A DNA stretch of 46,504 nt, taken from contig JAVECO010000023.1 in NCBI GenBank assembly GCA_051942205.1, positions 124,001 through 170,504 on the forward strand, written 5' to 3'. Positions 34,711-46,456 of this stretch are shown here, piece by piece (within the stretch, counting starts at the first letter, position 1; the number at the start of each line of letters is the position of its first letter). The translations under genes were made by a program, and so were the position numbers. Under the pieces are notes generated by a model. It saw only the letters and a list, made by a program, of their open reading frames with translations, was not told where the DNA came from and did not search any database. The stretch is from Coniocarpon cinnabarinum (taxonomy: Eukaryota).

Positions 34711-35490
34711 ATGGCGCGCGTTCTCATCACCGGCTCATCTGATGGCATTGGCCTTTATGCCGCTCGGACGCTGATCGACCAAGGCCATCAAGTTTTCCTC
34801 CATGCGCGGAACGCTGACCGCGCCGCCCAAACTAAATCCGCCGCTCCCAAAGCCGCCGGCGTATTGGTCGGCGACATCAGCACGCTGGATGGCATGAAGG
34901 CGCTCGCGGCTGAAGCAAACAGCACGGCTAGCCCGTTTGATATTGTCATTCACAATGCAGGTATCGGCTCGAGATCCTCCTCGTGCGGGGACACATCCTC
35001 TGGAATGGCTGCCATCTTTGCTGTCAACAGCCTGGCTCCGTACGTCCTCACAGCTCTCATGGCTCGACCGAAGCGCCTCATCTATACCTCGTCGGGTCTT
35101 CATAGCGGGGGCGATGCCTCCTTGAAAGATGTAACGTGGACATCGGGAAGACGTTTCTCTGGTTCTCAAGGATATGCCGATTCCAAACTCCATAACGTCA
35201 TGCTGGCGGGCGCGGTAGCGCGACTCTGGGAAGATGTGGATAGTAATTCCGCGGACCCTGGATGGGTTAAGTCTAAGCTCGGCGGTCCTTCTGCCCTGGG
35301 TTCAACACAGAAAGGGGCCGATACTCTCGTAGATCTCGCCGGACCCGATCTCCGTCAAAGCGTAAGTAGTGGCCAGCATTTTGCTGGTCGAAGAGTTCGG
35401 CAACCTCATCAAGCTGGTCATGATATCAAGAAGCAAGACGAACTCATGGCAATATACCGAAAGATATCAGGCATAGCTTTTCCTTCTTGA
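34711..35490 (+). CDS. Short-chain dehydrogenase/reductase, 259 aa, intronless
   Basis: ITGSSDGIG, VIHNAG, AVNSLAPY, YTSSGLH, YADSK (YxxxK), DPGWVKSKLGG. Confidence 0.9.
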   Translation: MARVLITGSSDGIGLYAARTLIDQGHQVFLHARNADRAAQTKSAAPKAAGVLVGDISTLDGMKALAAEANSTASPFDIVIHNAGIGSRSSSCGDTSSGMAAIFAVNSLAPYVLTALMARPKRLIYTSSGLHSGGDASLKDVTWTSGRRFSGSQGYADSKLHNVMLAGAVARLWEDVDSNSADPGWVKSKLGGPSALGSTQKGADTLVDLAGPDLRQSVSSGQHFAGRRVRQPHQAGHDIKKQDELMAIYRKISGIAFPS

Positions 35491-36545
35491 AGATCGAACA
35501 TGCGGAATCGCAAGCACAAGATAGGAAAAGGCGACGTGTTAAGCAAGAGAGGCCTATCATGGAACCACACAGAAGTACGATACTCCTTAGAAAGACCGCA
35601 AGAGATGGCAATGTCACCCTGTACGAGACACTCAAGCCAGATCAACTAAGCAGTCGGGACTTTTTTTAACTTTAAAAAATCATCGTACGGCATGCATTGC
35701 TTCACGATTTGTATTTTCAAGGCGGCGCGTGCAATTTAGGAAGGCTAACGGACTCGTAAATCACTTCCGGTGATGGCACTATAAGCTAGTAGGTATGTTA
35801 TCCCAATGCTGTCGCACCTGCGCCGTTGTACTAATGCTTCTTCGCGACCGTGCCCTACGATCTGCCATAATCGAAATCTCATCTTATCAAAATCCTCCTC
35901 TCCTAGAGGTGCTAGATTTAGGGACGAAAGTCATCGCCACATGCTCAGTCGCGGCTCACGCTCGGGCACATGACAGCGATGAGTCCTTTGTCTTGAGGTA
36001 ATTGGTTTAGTGCAGCTACGAGCATGACGGCGAACAAGATCTGTGCGTCGCAAAGCATCGGATTGCGCTGCAGCAAGTACTCGTCTTCCGGACGTGACCG
36101 GATACTAGGAGACTGCAACTTTCGTCCCACCCTGAGGAGAATTCTGGTTGTTTGGACGTTCAACCTGCAGAAATGGGCACGTAAAGACGCTGATTCATCT
36201 AGTGTGTGGCGTTGGGGCTGCGATGACACTTGCGCTTCAGACCCTCAAGAGAAAGCCCATTGGCGTCGATCTTCTTCAGGACCTTCCAGTTCGAGCTGTC
36301 GCAGCATGCGTCCTGTCAATTAACATCCTTCCCTGCTCCTACGTACCCCGTTGCGCTGTGTTGGTAGATGGCAATGCGACGCAATCATCGCTTCCAGCTC
36401 TCACATATAAAGTCTGTCAAGGCCTCCAGATGATTTCAACCATTCCGCTAATGCTATCTGCGCTCACCCACCAGCTCGTGCTCGAATAGCTATGACAAGG
36501 GCGAAGGGCAGGCAAGCCGGAATCTTGGCTTACAAGTAGCGCATC

Positions 36546-38882
36546 ATGTGGCCACATGTCGCTATCTCAGCCTTTGCCTTTGCTAGCATTGCACTGGGTT
36601 GCGATTTGTGCTCAGGTTCCGGACACGACGTCACACTGGTCCGTCATCGACCTCGCAAGTAGCCCGATGCCCAAGACACATTCCTCCTACCCAGAGCACC
36701 ATTGGAATGGGGACAGGCGAACTTCATACATACGACCGACACTCTGTTGAATCTCAGAGCTTGGAGAGCAAATATTGAGTTGTTAGAAGGATATATATCC
36801 TTGTGAAGTGAAGGCGAATCACCTAGAGGCGCATATCGAGGATTCGAGAACCAACACACTCACGGCTGGCTTGAGGGACATCTCAAAGAGGAGAACTATG
36901 GCGCTGACTGGGGCGACTTCGTCAGCTTTGTTGAGCACATGAATGAGACTGCTATAGATGCTGGCGTAGATTTACTAGTCGTCGATACCGGAGACCTCCA
37001 TAATGGAGCTGGTCTGTCTGATGCAACATCTACGAATAGCGCTACGAGTAACCCGATATTCGAGAATGTGAAGTATGATCTGCTGACGATTGGCAACCAC
37101 GAGCTCTACGTCACAGACATCGCTTACGAGACGTCCAATCAATTTGCCAAAGTCTACGGAGACCGTTATCTCACCAGCAATGTCCAGATTCAGAATCCGT
37201 CGGGCGAGTTCGAGTACATCGGTCAGCAGTACCGGTATTTCACGACCCGCATGGGCCTGCGAATAATGAGTTTCGGCTTCCTGTATGACTTTACCGGCAA
37301 CAGCAATGCTTCTCGAGTAATTACGGCAAACGAATCTGTCAGCCAAGATTGGTTCAAGAACGCTGTCAATTTTGACAAGCCAATAGATTTATTCCTGGTC
37401 CTTGGTCATAATCCACCACGACCTACGGTTGGCGGTTCTACCTTTGGGACAATATACGACGCCATCCGCTCCATGCGCGCCGACGTTCCAATCCAGGTTT
37501 TTGGGGGCCACACACATCAAAGAGACTTCTACGCCTACGATGAGATGGCAACTGGCCCTGAGTCCGGCAGATACTGCGAGACGCTTGGTTGGCTCTCAAT
37601 CTCCGGCATCCCCGCGTACAAGAATATTAGTGCGAAAGGCTTGCCCCATCCTACGCAACCTGCTATACCCATCGTGAAGTCTCCTTCGACAAGTACTTCG
37701 ACACCCACGCAGACATCTGGCTCGGAATTTTCCACCTCCATTGTGTCTCCAACCGCCTCAGTAGATGCCAAAGCCAACAGTACTCTGGTGTACTCTCGAC
37801 GTTATCTGGACTGGAACCGTCTCACATTCGAATACCACTCTAACACATCTTCTGTGAATGGCACATCGTACTATCATCGTCGAAGCCTTGGCAAAAGAGG
37901 ACAACATCAACAGCGCCGCCAGACAACAGATGATACCTTTAACACGCCCAAGGGCACGGCGGTCACCAATACCGTTTACAATGACCGTCAATCTTTGAAC
38001 CTGACTGCGCTCTATGGTTGTGTGCCACAATCGTGGTGTCAGTCTTGCGCCCCGTTCCTGAGTTCAGGAAACATATACTCTCTGCTTACCACAGCTCTGC
38101 AGCAAACTGTGGTTAAGAGGTCCCGCGCTGACACTCCACGAATCATCATTCTCAACACTGGCTCAGTCCGCTTCGACCTCTTCAAGGGCCCCTTTACCTA
38201 CGATGACTCATTTATCGTCTCTCCCTTTCACGATACGTTCCAATTTATCGCAGATGTACCTTGGCAGTATGCTTCGCAGTTGTTGAAGCAGCTTGATGGT
38301 GGCAGTATATTTAAGAAGCGAGACGTAAGCCCCGAATCAGAGGCACAGCTTCGGACGAGTGATTTCATCACTGCAAATGGCGTGTATATACAGCAACGTG
38401 AGGCTTGCCCGAATCCACCATATCAAATTGTTGGGTCACACCCCCATGCAAAGCGCAGTGTCGGTGCTCTTACACGTCGTGGATCCAACCGGACAACCGA
38501 TGGCTACGTGACGACGGACGACTTCGGCACGGATGGCGATGACACTATCCATTCTCCAATCCCATATTATCGGCAGCCAAACTATTTCCAGAGCAATGCT
38601 AGCTTCCCTACTGATGGCACCATTCCAGGTACTGTTGATGTCGTGTTCTTGGATTATTTCGCGAGCGCGGTGGTACAGTTTCTCACTCAGGATGGACAGA
38701 TGGACCTCACGGACACCAGTGTTCAACAGGTACGGAACAGAGCTCGGGTGAGGCTATATCAATACATGCTAACATACGTCCAGTATCTCGAACCGAGCTT
38801 CAGCACAGACTCCTATCTGCCAGCGTACGCACGAATAGCGTCGGGATGGCGAAGCGACGTGCCCGATTGTCCGGTGGTGTAA
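36546..38882 (+). pseudogene. Secreted calcineurin-like metallophosphoesterase / 5'-nucleotidase-like gene, disrupted by TAG at codon 39 and an insertion in the DxH motif; intron 38730-38783
   Basis: MWPHVAISAFAFASIALGCDLC...RPRK*PDAQ...PRAPLEWGQANFIHTTD[insertion]THGWLEGHLKEENYGADWGDF...VDTGDLHNG...TIGNHELY...GGHTHQR. Removing 117 nt (insertion plus one TSD) and the intron gives a 721-codon frame with a single stop. Confidence 0.88.
36745..36856. mobile_element. 112-bp solo-LTR-like insertion with 5-bp target-site duplication
   Basis: Starts TGTTG and ends CAACA (TG..CA; termini match 9/11 as inverted repeats). Flanked by direct CACTC at 36740-36744 and 36857-36861. Internal TATA-like palindrome AAGGATATATATCCTT at 36787-36802. 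Confidence 0.85.
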
Positions 38883-39752
38883 GTGTAACAAACCTAGCAA
38901 CCCTCGATTTGAAAGGAAACGTGCAAGTGGCTATTTTGTCTCACGGCTCTTGATCTCCAATGGCCTTAAAGCACTAGGCGTGCAGACCGATCAGCGGAGG
39001 TCAAAATCGCAAGAGACGCGCTGCGGGTATTCAAGGCTGTACGCACGAGCGGGGGTGCGTGACTTCATGCCACGTAGCATTTGAAAAGAGTCTTGGATAA
39101 CAGCAGCTGTCGCGTCATAATTCAGCGCTCAAAGAGACGTAGAGGGCTTTCGCCAATACGCTTGTAGCTTCACAACCCGAAATGGCCGTGCCGTAGACAC
39201 TCTTTTCCTAGACTGAAATCTGACAACGACTGTTGTCCACAACTCTTGAGGTATCTGTGGAACGCGAGAGACTCTGGCGTAAGCTCGACGTACGAAAAGC
39301 TCTTCAAGTTTCAAGGCAGGTACATAAATGGGTTCGAGTCACGTGGCCAGCAACAACGTAGCTTGAATCCTCGTGTTGGAAGTCATGATATTGCTAGCAT
39401 GAGTCTAGGCAAAGAAACATTCGAGTGACGTCTAGACAAGCTATCGGCAAAGTCGTAGGACTTTTGCCTTTGACAAAAAAGGGGCGACAAGATATCTGCG
39501 CTAAGGATAAGCTATACTGGTTAGTAACCAAGCGCATGTGTAGGCAACAGGTCCAGAGGCTAGTTGTAGTCTGCCGCAACAACATAGAAACGTTTGGGGC
39601 CGACACTGCCCCGCACGCAGACCATGGGCTGTTCGAGTGGTTGCATCTGTGCCAGGTCGCTCAGTATCTCGTGAATTTTTCCTGTCGAACACACAGACTT
39701 GTCGTAGAGTTCCTGGCTTTGATTGTAGTGTGGTGACTATATATAGAGGAAC

Positions 39753-42418
39753 ATGGAGCACATCTGGCTCGATGTTGACCACCAATGGGAGCCAGAACAT
39801 GTCCCAGTTATCGGCAAGGTCAATTATGATGACGGAGAGTTCGACACATTCCCTGAGCGAATGGGCTACACTCAGGATAGCCTTTTGAGAGGGTTAAGAC
39901 GTGAGCCCTTCGATGCGACTGCACTGTCCGTCATTCAGGAGTGGTTATTCTTTGGATTGCTTCAAGAGGTATTGACCGCCCTTGGATACCCATATCAACG
40001 CAGTGAGTTCGAGAAGAGGATCGAAGGTAGTACCCAAATATTCGCGACGACGTCGAAGCTCCCAGCCATCATGGGTGCCGTTAGTGAGATCTGCCTAAAG
40101 CCACTCTACGCCAATAAAGACTCGGACTTGAACACGGTAGCAAATCAATTTCGAACCGACGGCCGTGAGGACAACGGTCGAGAATGGCTATCCATGCTTC
40201 CATTCGAGAAACAGCTGATTATTCTGGAAGCGATTGGTTATCCTTCGCACTGGCGGGAAGAGCGCGCACAAATCTCACGCAGATTAGTCTCTTCTAATAT
40301 CTTCTTCCAAAGCTATCACAGAAAGAGACAACAAGAAGACTTTGATAGCTCGCATGCGATCAAGACAGCCGTCTGTGATGCGGCAATGTTATTGGCTGCA
40401 TCGTTCTATCCTTTCATGAACACGCTTTTCGACAACTTTTTGAAGGACTTGCTGATTAGGGGAAATACTAAGTCTGCATGGTGGCGCCAACGGGCTATGC
40501 GGAATGGTATGTGTCCCTCCAAATTGACGATTGTGGTCATGGGCTTTGCCGAGCTTTACATCTTCACGTCCATGAAATGGACTGCGGCCGGTAATCATTC
40601 GCAGTGTGGAAATACTTGCAAACAAGCATTGCTGATTGATGATCTACCACGCCATACTTTTTCATGTCCTGGAGAGTGTGAGCACGTCGGCATTGCCAAA
40701 GCAGGCGGCGTCTCTGTACAAGACTGCATAGAAGCGGACTCTTGGCCTTTATTGGAGTTCAAAAGCAACGGGGAATTGCTGATCTCAGAATACGATCAAA
40801 CACACGCAAACCCTTCTTACGTGGCAATCTCGCATGTCTGGTGGGTGTTTTCTTTCCTATGCAAACGTCTGTTGGTCCGGCACGTTGCCTTAGTTGACAT
40901 GGCGAGAAAGGTGACTACGTAGACGTGTCCCTGGGTTTCGCATGCACTGAGTGTACCAGCACTGTCCATGGATTTCTCAAGCTGATCGGAGAAGCAGGTC
41001 TCAAGGACTGGGGAATCCTAAGGACAATGCCCTGCCTTCTTGTCAACTTCGCTTTCTGGCAGATGTTCTGTCTCGAGATGCATCATGCCCAGCCAGATTC
41101 TGGCTTGACACCCTTTGCATACCGCTCGATCGAGCATATCGCCGAAAAGCCATCAATCGTATGAGGGATATCTACGAGAAAGCAGAAAGAGTCATCGTGA
41201 TTGATCACGGAGTTTATCCTCTTACGGGCCATAGGATTCACCGTGCGTTAGGTATGTCTGCACCCGACCGAATTTCCAAATCTTCGCGTTTCGCATGCAG
41301 CAATGCGTCATTCCACAGAGCATGCTTGTTGAGGACTGGCAAGTCCCAGTGAGAGAGGCAAGGACGTCACATAGCCATAGCTAATGCTCACCCAGCGCTG
41401 AGGCATTCCGACTGGTTGACTCGCCTTTGGACCTTTCAGGAAGGTCTCCTTGCAGAGGAATCTCTTTACGTTGCCTTCGCCGACGGCAACCTGCCACTTC
41501 GCGCTTTGTTGTACAATCAGCCATGGGAGCCGAAGTCTTACCGTCCGCTTGGCAAGTCCAGCATACGTACGATGAACGATTGGCAGATAGAGTCCTTGCA
41601 AGATACGATCTCGGGCATTGTGCCAGGATCTCAGAGACTCGTCGAAAACATCTTTGCTTGCGAATGGAGTGGGAAGCGGAAATACGACGACGTGGCCTAC
41701 GTCGTAAACAGTATGCTGAGTCGTAGAACAACCAAGCCAGAAGACGAGCCCATCTGCATGGCATTCCTGCTGGGCATGGACCTTCGAAAGTTGCCAGAGC
41801 GTCCGACTTTGCAGGATGTAATCGCGGAACGACAGACAGTGCCGTCCGCGTTGCTCTTCACGCCGGGGCCAAGATCATCCAAGGCGGGCTATCGCTGGTA
41901 CGTTCAATTTCACATCATCGTCTCATCCTGCGAACACTCTTTAACATCGTCTCCTAAGGTCACCTCAGTCATTCCTCGATCAAAAAAGGAACGTCGACTT
42001 CTCCATTGAATCGAAGCCAGCGCTGCAGTGCGCACAAGGTCTGGAAATCCGTGCTGATGTAATAAAGTTCTGCGATGACCTCGTACTCCACTCCAAGCCC
42101 TATCAATTTGCCGTCAAAGACCAGAATGACGACTCCCTTCTTCAAATTGTTCGGGTCGAAGCTGGATTGCCCAGCGATACCAGCCCTGCGCCACCCTTAA
42201 CTTTACAGCGGCCTGTGCTTGTGCTGAGTGACCCGGGGGGTGGACCTTGCATCTTCGTGAACGTCAAGGAAGGGGTCTCGGAAGAGCGGATGTATGTGCA
42301 CTATCAGCTTGCAGGACTGGCAGTGAATCCAGAGAAGAACTGGAAAACAATCGTCGATGTTCCTGCCGCAACTTTGCGAGGGAAGTATGAGCAGCAGCAG
42401 TTGCTTTGTATAGACTGA
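39753..42418 (+). CDS. HET-domain (heterokaryon incompatibility) protein, about 767 aa; introns 40841-40997, 41252-41395, 41898-41958
   Basis: Spliced HET blocks YVAISHVW|SQGLGNPKDNALPSCQL, FWLDTLCIP, AINRMRDIYEKAERVIVID, SDWLTRLWTFQEGLLA and RRTTKPEDEPICMAFLLG; N-terminal IQEWLFFGLLQEV. Exons sum to 2304 nt with an open frame. Confidence 0.88.
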
Positions 42419-43279
42419 TGTCCGAAGGCTTCCCCTGGCAATGACTTTATACATCCTGCCGATATAGTGACAGATAGCTCTAGACCGCAACTATTGTATA
42501 GGCTTTATCCAAATGTCAATCCCGTCTGCTCAGCAGATTGTTGCGGTCTTCGAAGCGGCAAACACGCTAGCATCATGGGATGTTAACTGAGCCAATCATG
42601 ATCTCGAACAACAATTGCTGGGAGGTGAAGACCTAGGCAAACCACTATGAAAACGAGCATAGACCTATCGACGTTTGGGAATAAAAGAGAGCATCCGGCG
42701 CCAAGCTTGTACTTCGCCGAAGGCTGCTTCGAAGTGACGGGAACCTTACGTCGGTGGTTCTAAGGACGACCTGCAACGAGGGAAGCGATGGTCTCCCGTT
42801 TCGGGTGAATAGACGCCCTCTCTTTTCTCGGCTCCAATTCTGCTCTTGTATGACAGCTACGCAAGTAGGAGCGGTAGATGTGAAAGAGACGAGAATGCGC
42901 CGGGAGGGTGTGTTAATAACTTGCTCCATAATTATCGGTCCGGCGTGATTGTCCAGCACCATTCGTCGTGAGCCTGCCGTGACCATGTTGGCGAGGGTCC
43001 AGCGCAATGGATTGCTGACCGATAAGCTCAAGAATCCGGGGCGGTTACCACATTCCAGCCACCCCAGTCCACTATCACCTGACATCCTAGCATGATTGCG
43101 CTGAAGCTTTGTGCTGAGAATCTTCAGCATCAATTTGCTGGCCCTACCTTATTCTTTATGCTCTTACGTTTGTTCATATATCCAGCGGGAGAGTCATGAC
43201 CCGGGGTCACTACGCAGTAGGAAGTCCTGCGAGGCATACGTTCGCGCGCTGAGGTCTCTCACGAAGACGTCTGGTCCCA

Positions 43280-44271
43280 ATGACGTCTCAAACACCTCTC
43301 AATGGCGCTCAGCAACTGCGCCAGCTCCTTTATAAACCTAACCGCATCATCGTTGCGCCGGGTGTCTTTGATAGGCTTACGGCACAAATCACCCTCTCGG
43401 AGCAAGTCAAGGCGCTATACATAGTATATTCTCCCCCTAACACTCCTCCCGTAATAGCAAATGCGAAGCATAACAAATACTGAATTCTATAAAGATAGGT
43501 GCTGGCACTGCTATGTCCCGCCTTGGTCTTCTTGACTTAGCCCTTACTTTGCTCCCTGACATGGTCGCCAATGCATCTATGCTAGCCTCTCTATCTCCTT
43601 CTACGCCTCTTATCGCTAATACCGATACTAGCTATAAAGGTCCGCTTTATATTAGTTGTACCGTTATCTAATACGCACATACTAGAGTCGCAGTATTGCA
43701 TCTCGAAGACCAGATCGAGCAAAAGCGGTACAGACACCTCTCCAGAAAGGAGGTCGTAAGCTAGGATAAGTGGTTTACGAAGCTACGCGCGGCTATACAG
43801 GCACGAGATAAGATAGGAAGTGCTATACTAATTATTGCCCGTATAGACAGTTGGCAACAGCTTAGTATTAAAGAAGCACTAATACGTTTAAAGGGAGTAG
43901 TTAAATATAGTATAGATGTAGTGTTTCTTAAGGCCTTACAGAGCCGTAAAGAATATCGCCGTGTTTGTAAAGAGTTTAAGGGAAAGGTGCTAGTAATATT
44001 AAACATAGTTCTAGGTAGAGTAACTCCTAACTTAATAGTAAAAGAAGTAAGAAAGATTAGATTTAGTATTATAATATTCCTAGCCTTAGCTATAGGTCTA
44101 ATAATTAGAAGCGTAGAAAATAAGATAAAGTTTCTAAAGTAAAGTAGTACTATATAGGCTAGTAATAAATAAGAAGAAGTTAAGAAGATGTTTAAGCTTT
44201 ATAGATTAGAAGAGTATATTAAGATTAATTAGAGAGCTAGTAGAAGTAAGTATTATATATTAAATAATTAA
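43280..44271 (+). pseudogene. RIP-inactivated isocitrate lyase/PEP mutase superfamily gene (oxaloacetate acetylhydrolase / dimethylmalate lyase-like); intron 43424-43494
   Basis: IIVAPGVFD, ALYI|IGAGTAMSRLG (YMTGAG), PLIANTDTSYKGP (IADADTGYGGP), LHLEDQ..QKRYRHL (KRCGHL), IIARID (IIARTD). The 307-codon frame has no frameshift but six TAA/TAG stops (43669, 43762, 44140, 44155, 44170, 44230). Confidence 0.9.
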
Positions 44272-46456
44272 GTATACTACTATAAGGCTATAATTATTTA
44301 CTATATATAAGACTCTTACTAGTAGTTACTAGAGCTATAGATAAAAGCTACTACTAGATTAGATTCTAGGAAATAAGCCTATATAATATAAATAACTTAG
44401 CTTAAAAGCTATAAGTATAATAGTAAAGATAAAAAGATTTAGATTTAGGTTTAAAAAAGGTTATTAGTATTAAGCTTAGTATAAGAGTAAAGATATTATT
44501 TTTATAGTCTTATATATACTATATATAGTATAGATCTATACTTCCTTTTTTTACTATAATTATACTAATTTTAAATTACTACTATAGTACTAAGAAGGTT
44601 GCTCTACTACTAGTAATATATAACGCCTTTATAAAGAACTCTTCTCTTATAGTAACTAAGAAGAACTAGGGCTATTCTAGAAATAAGAATCTTTACTATA
44701 AAAGAGTATAATAAAAAATAATATAAAAAAATAAAAATAAGTAAAGAGCTAATAAAAAAGAGTAGCTAGTATACTACTATTATAAAAATTACTTTATTTA
44801 ATAGTAGTTATAAGAATTATATCTTAGAACTTATATATATATAGTATATTACCTAACTATTAACTATCTACTAACTACTATACTATTTAGTATATATTAC
44901 TATATATAGTAATTATTACTAATATCTTATTAAACTAAGTTAATACTTTAAATAAGAAATTAGAAGCCTTATAATAAAGGTGTATATTACGTCTAGCTAA
45001 ACAAAGACTTAGGCTATATTCTTCTATTTTTATCTAATAGAAAGGAAGCTAGTAAGTAACTATACTAGATAGGCTTTAATAAGAGGCTTAATAGATAAGA
45101 AATAAGAAATATAACTTAAGTATTAAAAAGATAAAGTAGATTTTAAACTTATTATAAGTTAATAGACTAAAGACTATTTATAAGAGAGAGTTATTAGTCT
45201 AACTATATAGACTAAGGTATATATAGATATACTACTAGTAGCTACTTTAAAATAGATAGTTGCTAGTAGATAAGATAGCTACTATAGTTATATAGCCGCT
45301 TAATTAGGTATCTACTACTATCTAACTTATTATATAATATAAGTATACTATTAGTTCTAATATTCTAATTATATATTATAGTCTAGCCTACTCTAAACCT
45401 TTTAAAAAGTTAGTATAAGGCTAGGGCGTAATAGCATAAAATACTAATTACTAAGTAAAAACTAATAAAATTTATACTTTACTTTTACCTTCTAATTACT
45501 AAATAAAGATAAAGATATAACTACTAAGTAATACTAAAAAAGTAAAAGATAGATAAAAAATTTTATACTTTAGAATTTTTAAATATTATAGAGTAGTTTT
45601 TTTTTTTTAATTCTATATATAAAGTCTTATACTTAGAATACTATAAATCTAGACTTTAAATCTTAATACTATTTTTATTCTTAATCTTATTACTAATAAT
45701 CTTTTTTAAACCTAAATCTAAATTTTTATACTACTTTATATTTTTTTTTTTAATTCATTAGAGAATAGTAAACTTATAAAGATAACCTATATTAAGTTAT
45801 ATTTTTAGGATAAATATTATATTAGTATTTAGTACTATATAAATAGAATCTTTAAAACCTTATCTTAAATAATTACTAACTAGAACTAATTAACTCTTAA
45901 ACTTATTTAATCTATATTAAAAAGATAGTATTTAAAATTCTTACTTTAAACTAGTTATTATTAATAAGCTTAACCTTATAATTATAAGAAGCTATAAGTT
46001 TATACTTTTAAAATAATTATTAATTATATCTAACTAAGATAAATACTAGCTAATATACTATTATACTACACCTTATAGAATACTAGAATATAGTATATAT
46101 ACTTATATAATAGCATAAAACTTATATTTTCTAGATATATTAATATATATTTACTCTTTAGAGATCTATATAGCCTTTAGAGGCTTTAAAGCTTTAGATA
46201 CTCTAAAAACTACTTTTTAGTAGAATATATTTACTTATATCTTAAACTATATAATTAAATAGTAAACCTATCTTTCTTAGATTTAATTTTATTCTAATTT
46301 AGATTTAAACTAACTTATAGTTAAGACTTATAACTTAATTACTTATAAGTTATAATATACTAGTACTTTTTTAAGTAGATATATTATATATATATATAAT
46401 TAAAGTATATAAAGTATAGCCTATATAATATATATATTAGTTATTTTTCTATCTAC
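44272..46456. other. RIP-saturated AT-rich subtelomeric DNA
   Basis: Very low GC, TpA-rich, CpA/TpG and CpG nearly absent, no ORFs; directly abuts the telomere. Confidence 0.88.
44437..45723. repeat. 33-bp inverted repeat pair (44437-44469 and 45691-45723)
   Basis: ATTTAGATTTAGGTTTAAAAAAGGTTATTAGTA matches the reverse complement of 45691-45723 at 32/33 positions; the single difference is G/A. Confidence 0.7.

Noticed and set aside
36746..36826. Possibility that the 112-bp insertion is an introner-like element spliced out via GTTGAA..TAG
   Set aside because: The element ends are TG..CA rather than GT..AG. The in-frame 81-nt splice would leave 12 extra residues splitting the DxH motif, and the upstream TAG would remain.
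42645..43133. 162-aa minus-strand ORF between HET and the RIP pseudogene
   Set aside because: No recognisable domain or coding-like composition; probably spurious.
43197..43209. Palindrome TGACCC-G-GGGTCA upstream of the pseudogene
   Set aside because: Single short occurrence; could be a TF site but is unsupported without conservation data.
44272..46456. Search for telomere-linked helicase, transposase or tRNA remnants in the AT-rich zone
   Set aside because: The sequence is too mutated for me to read any motif by eye.
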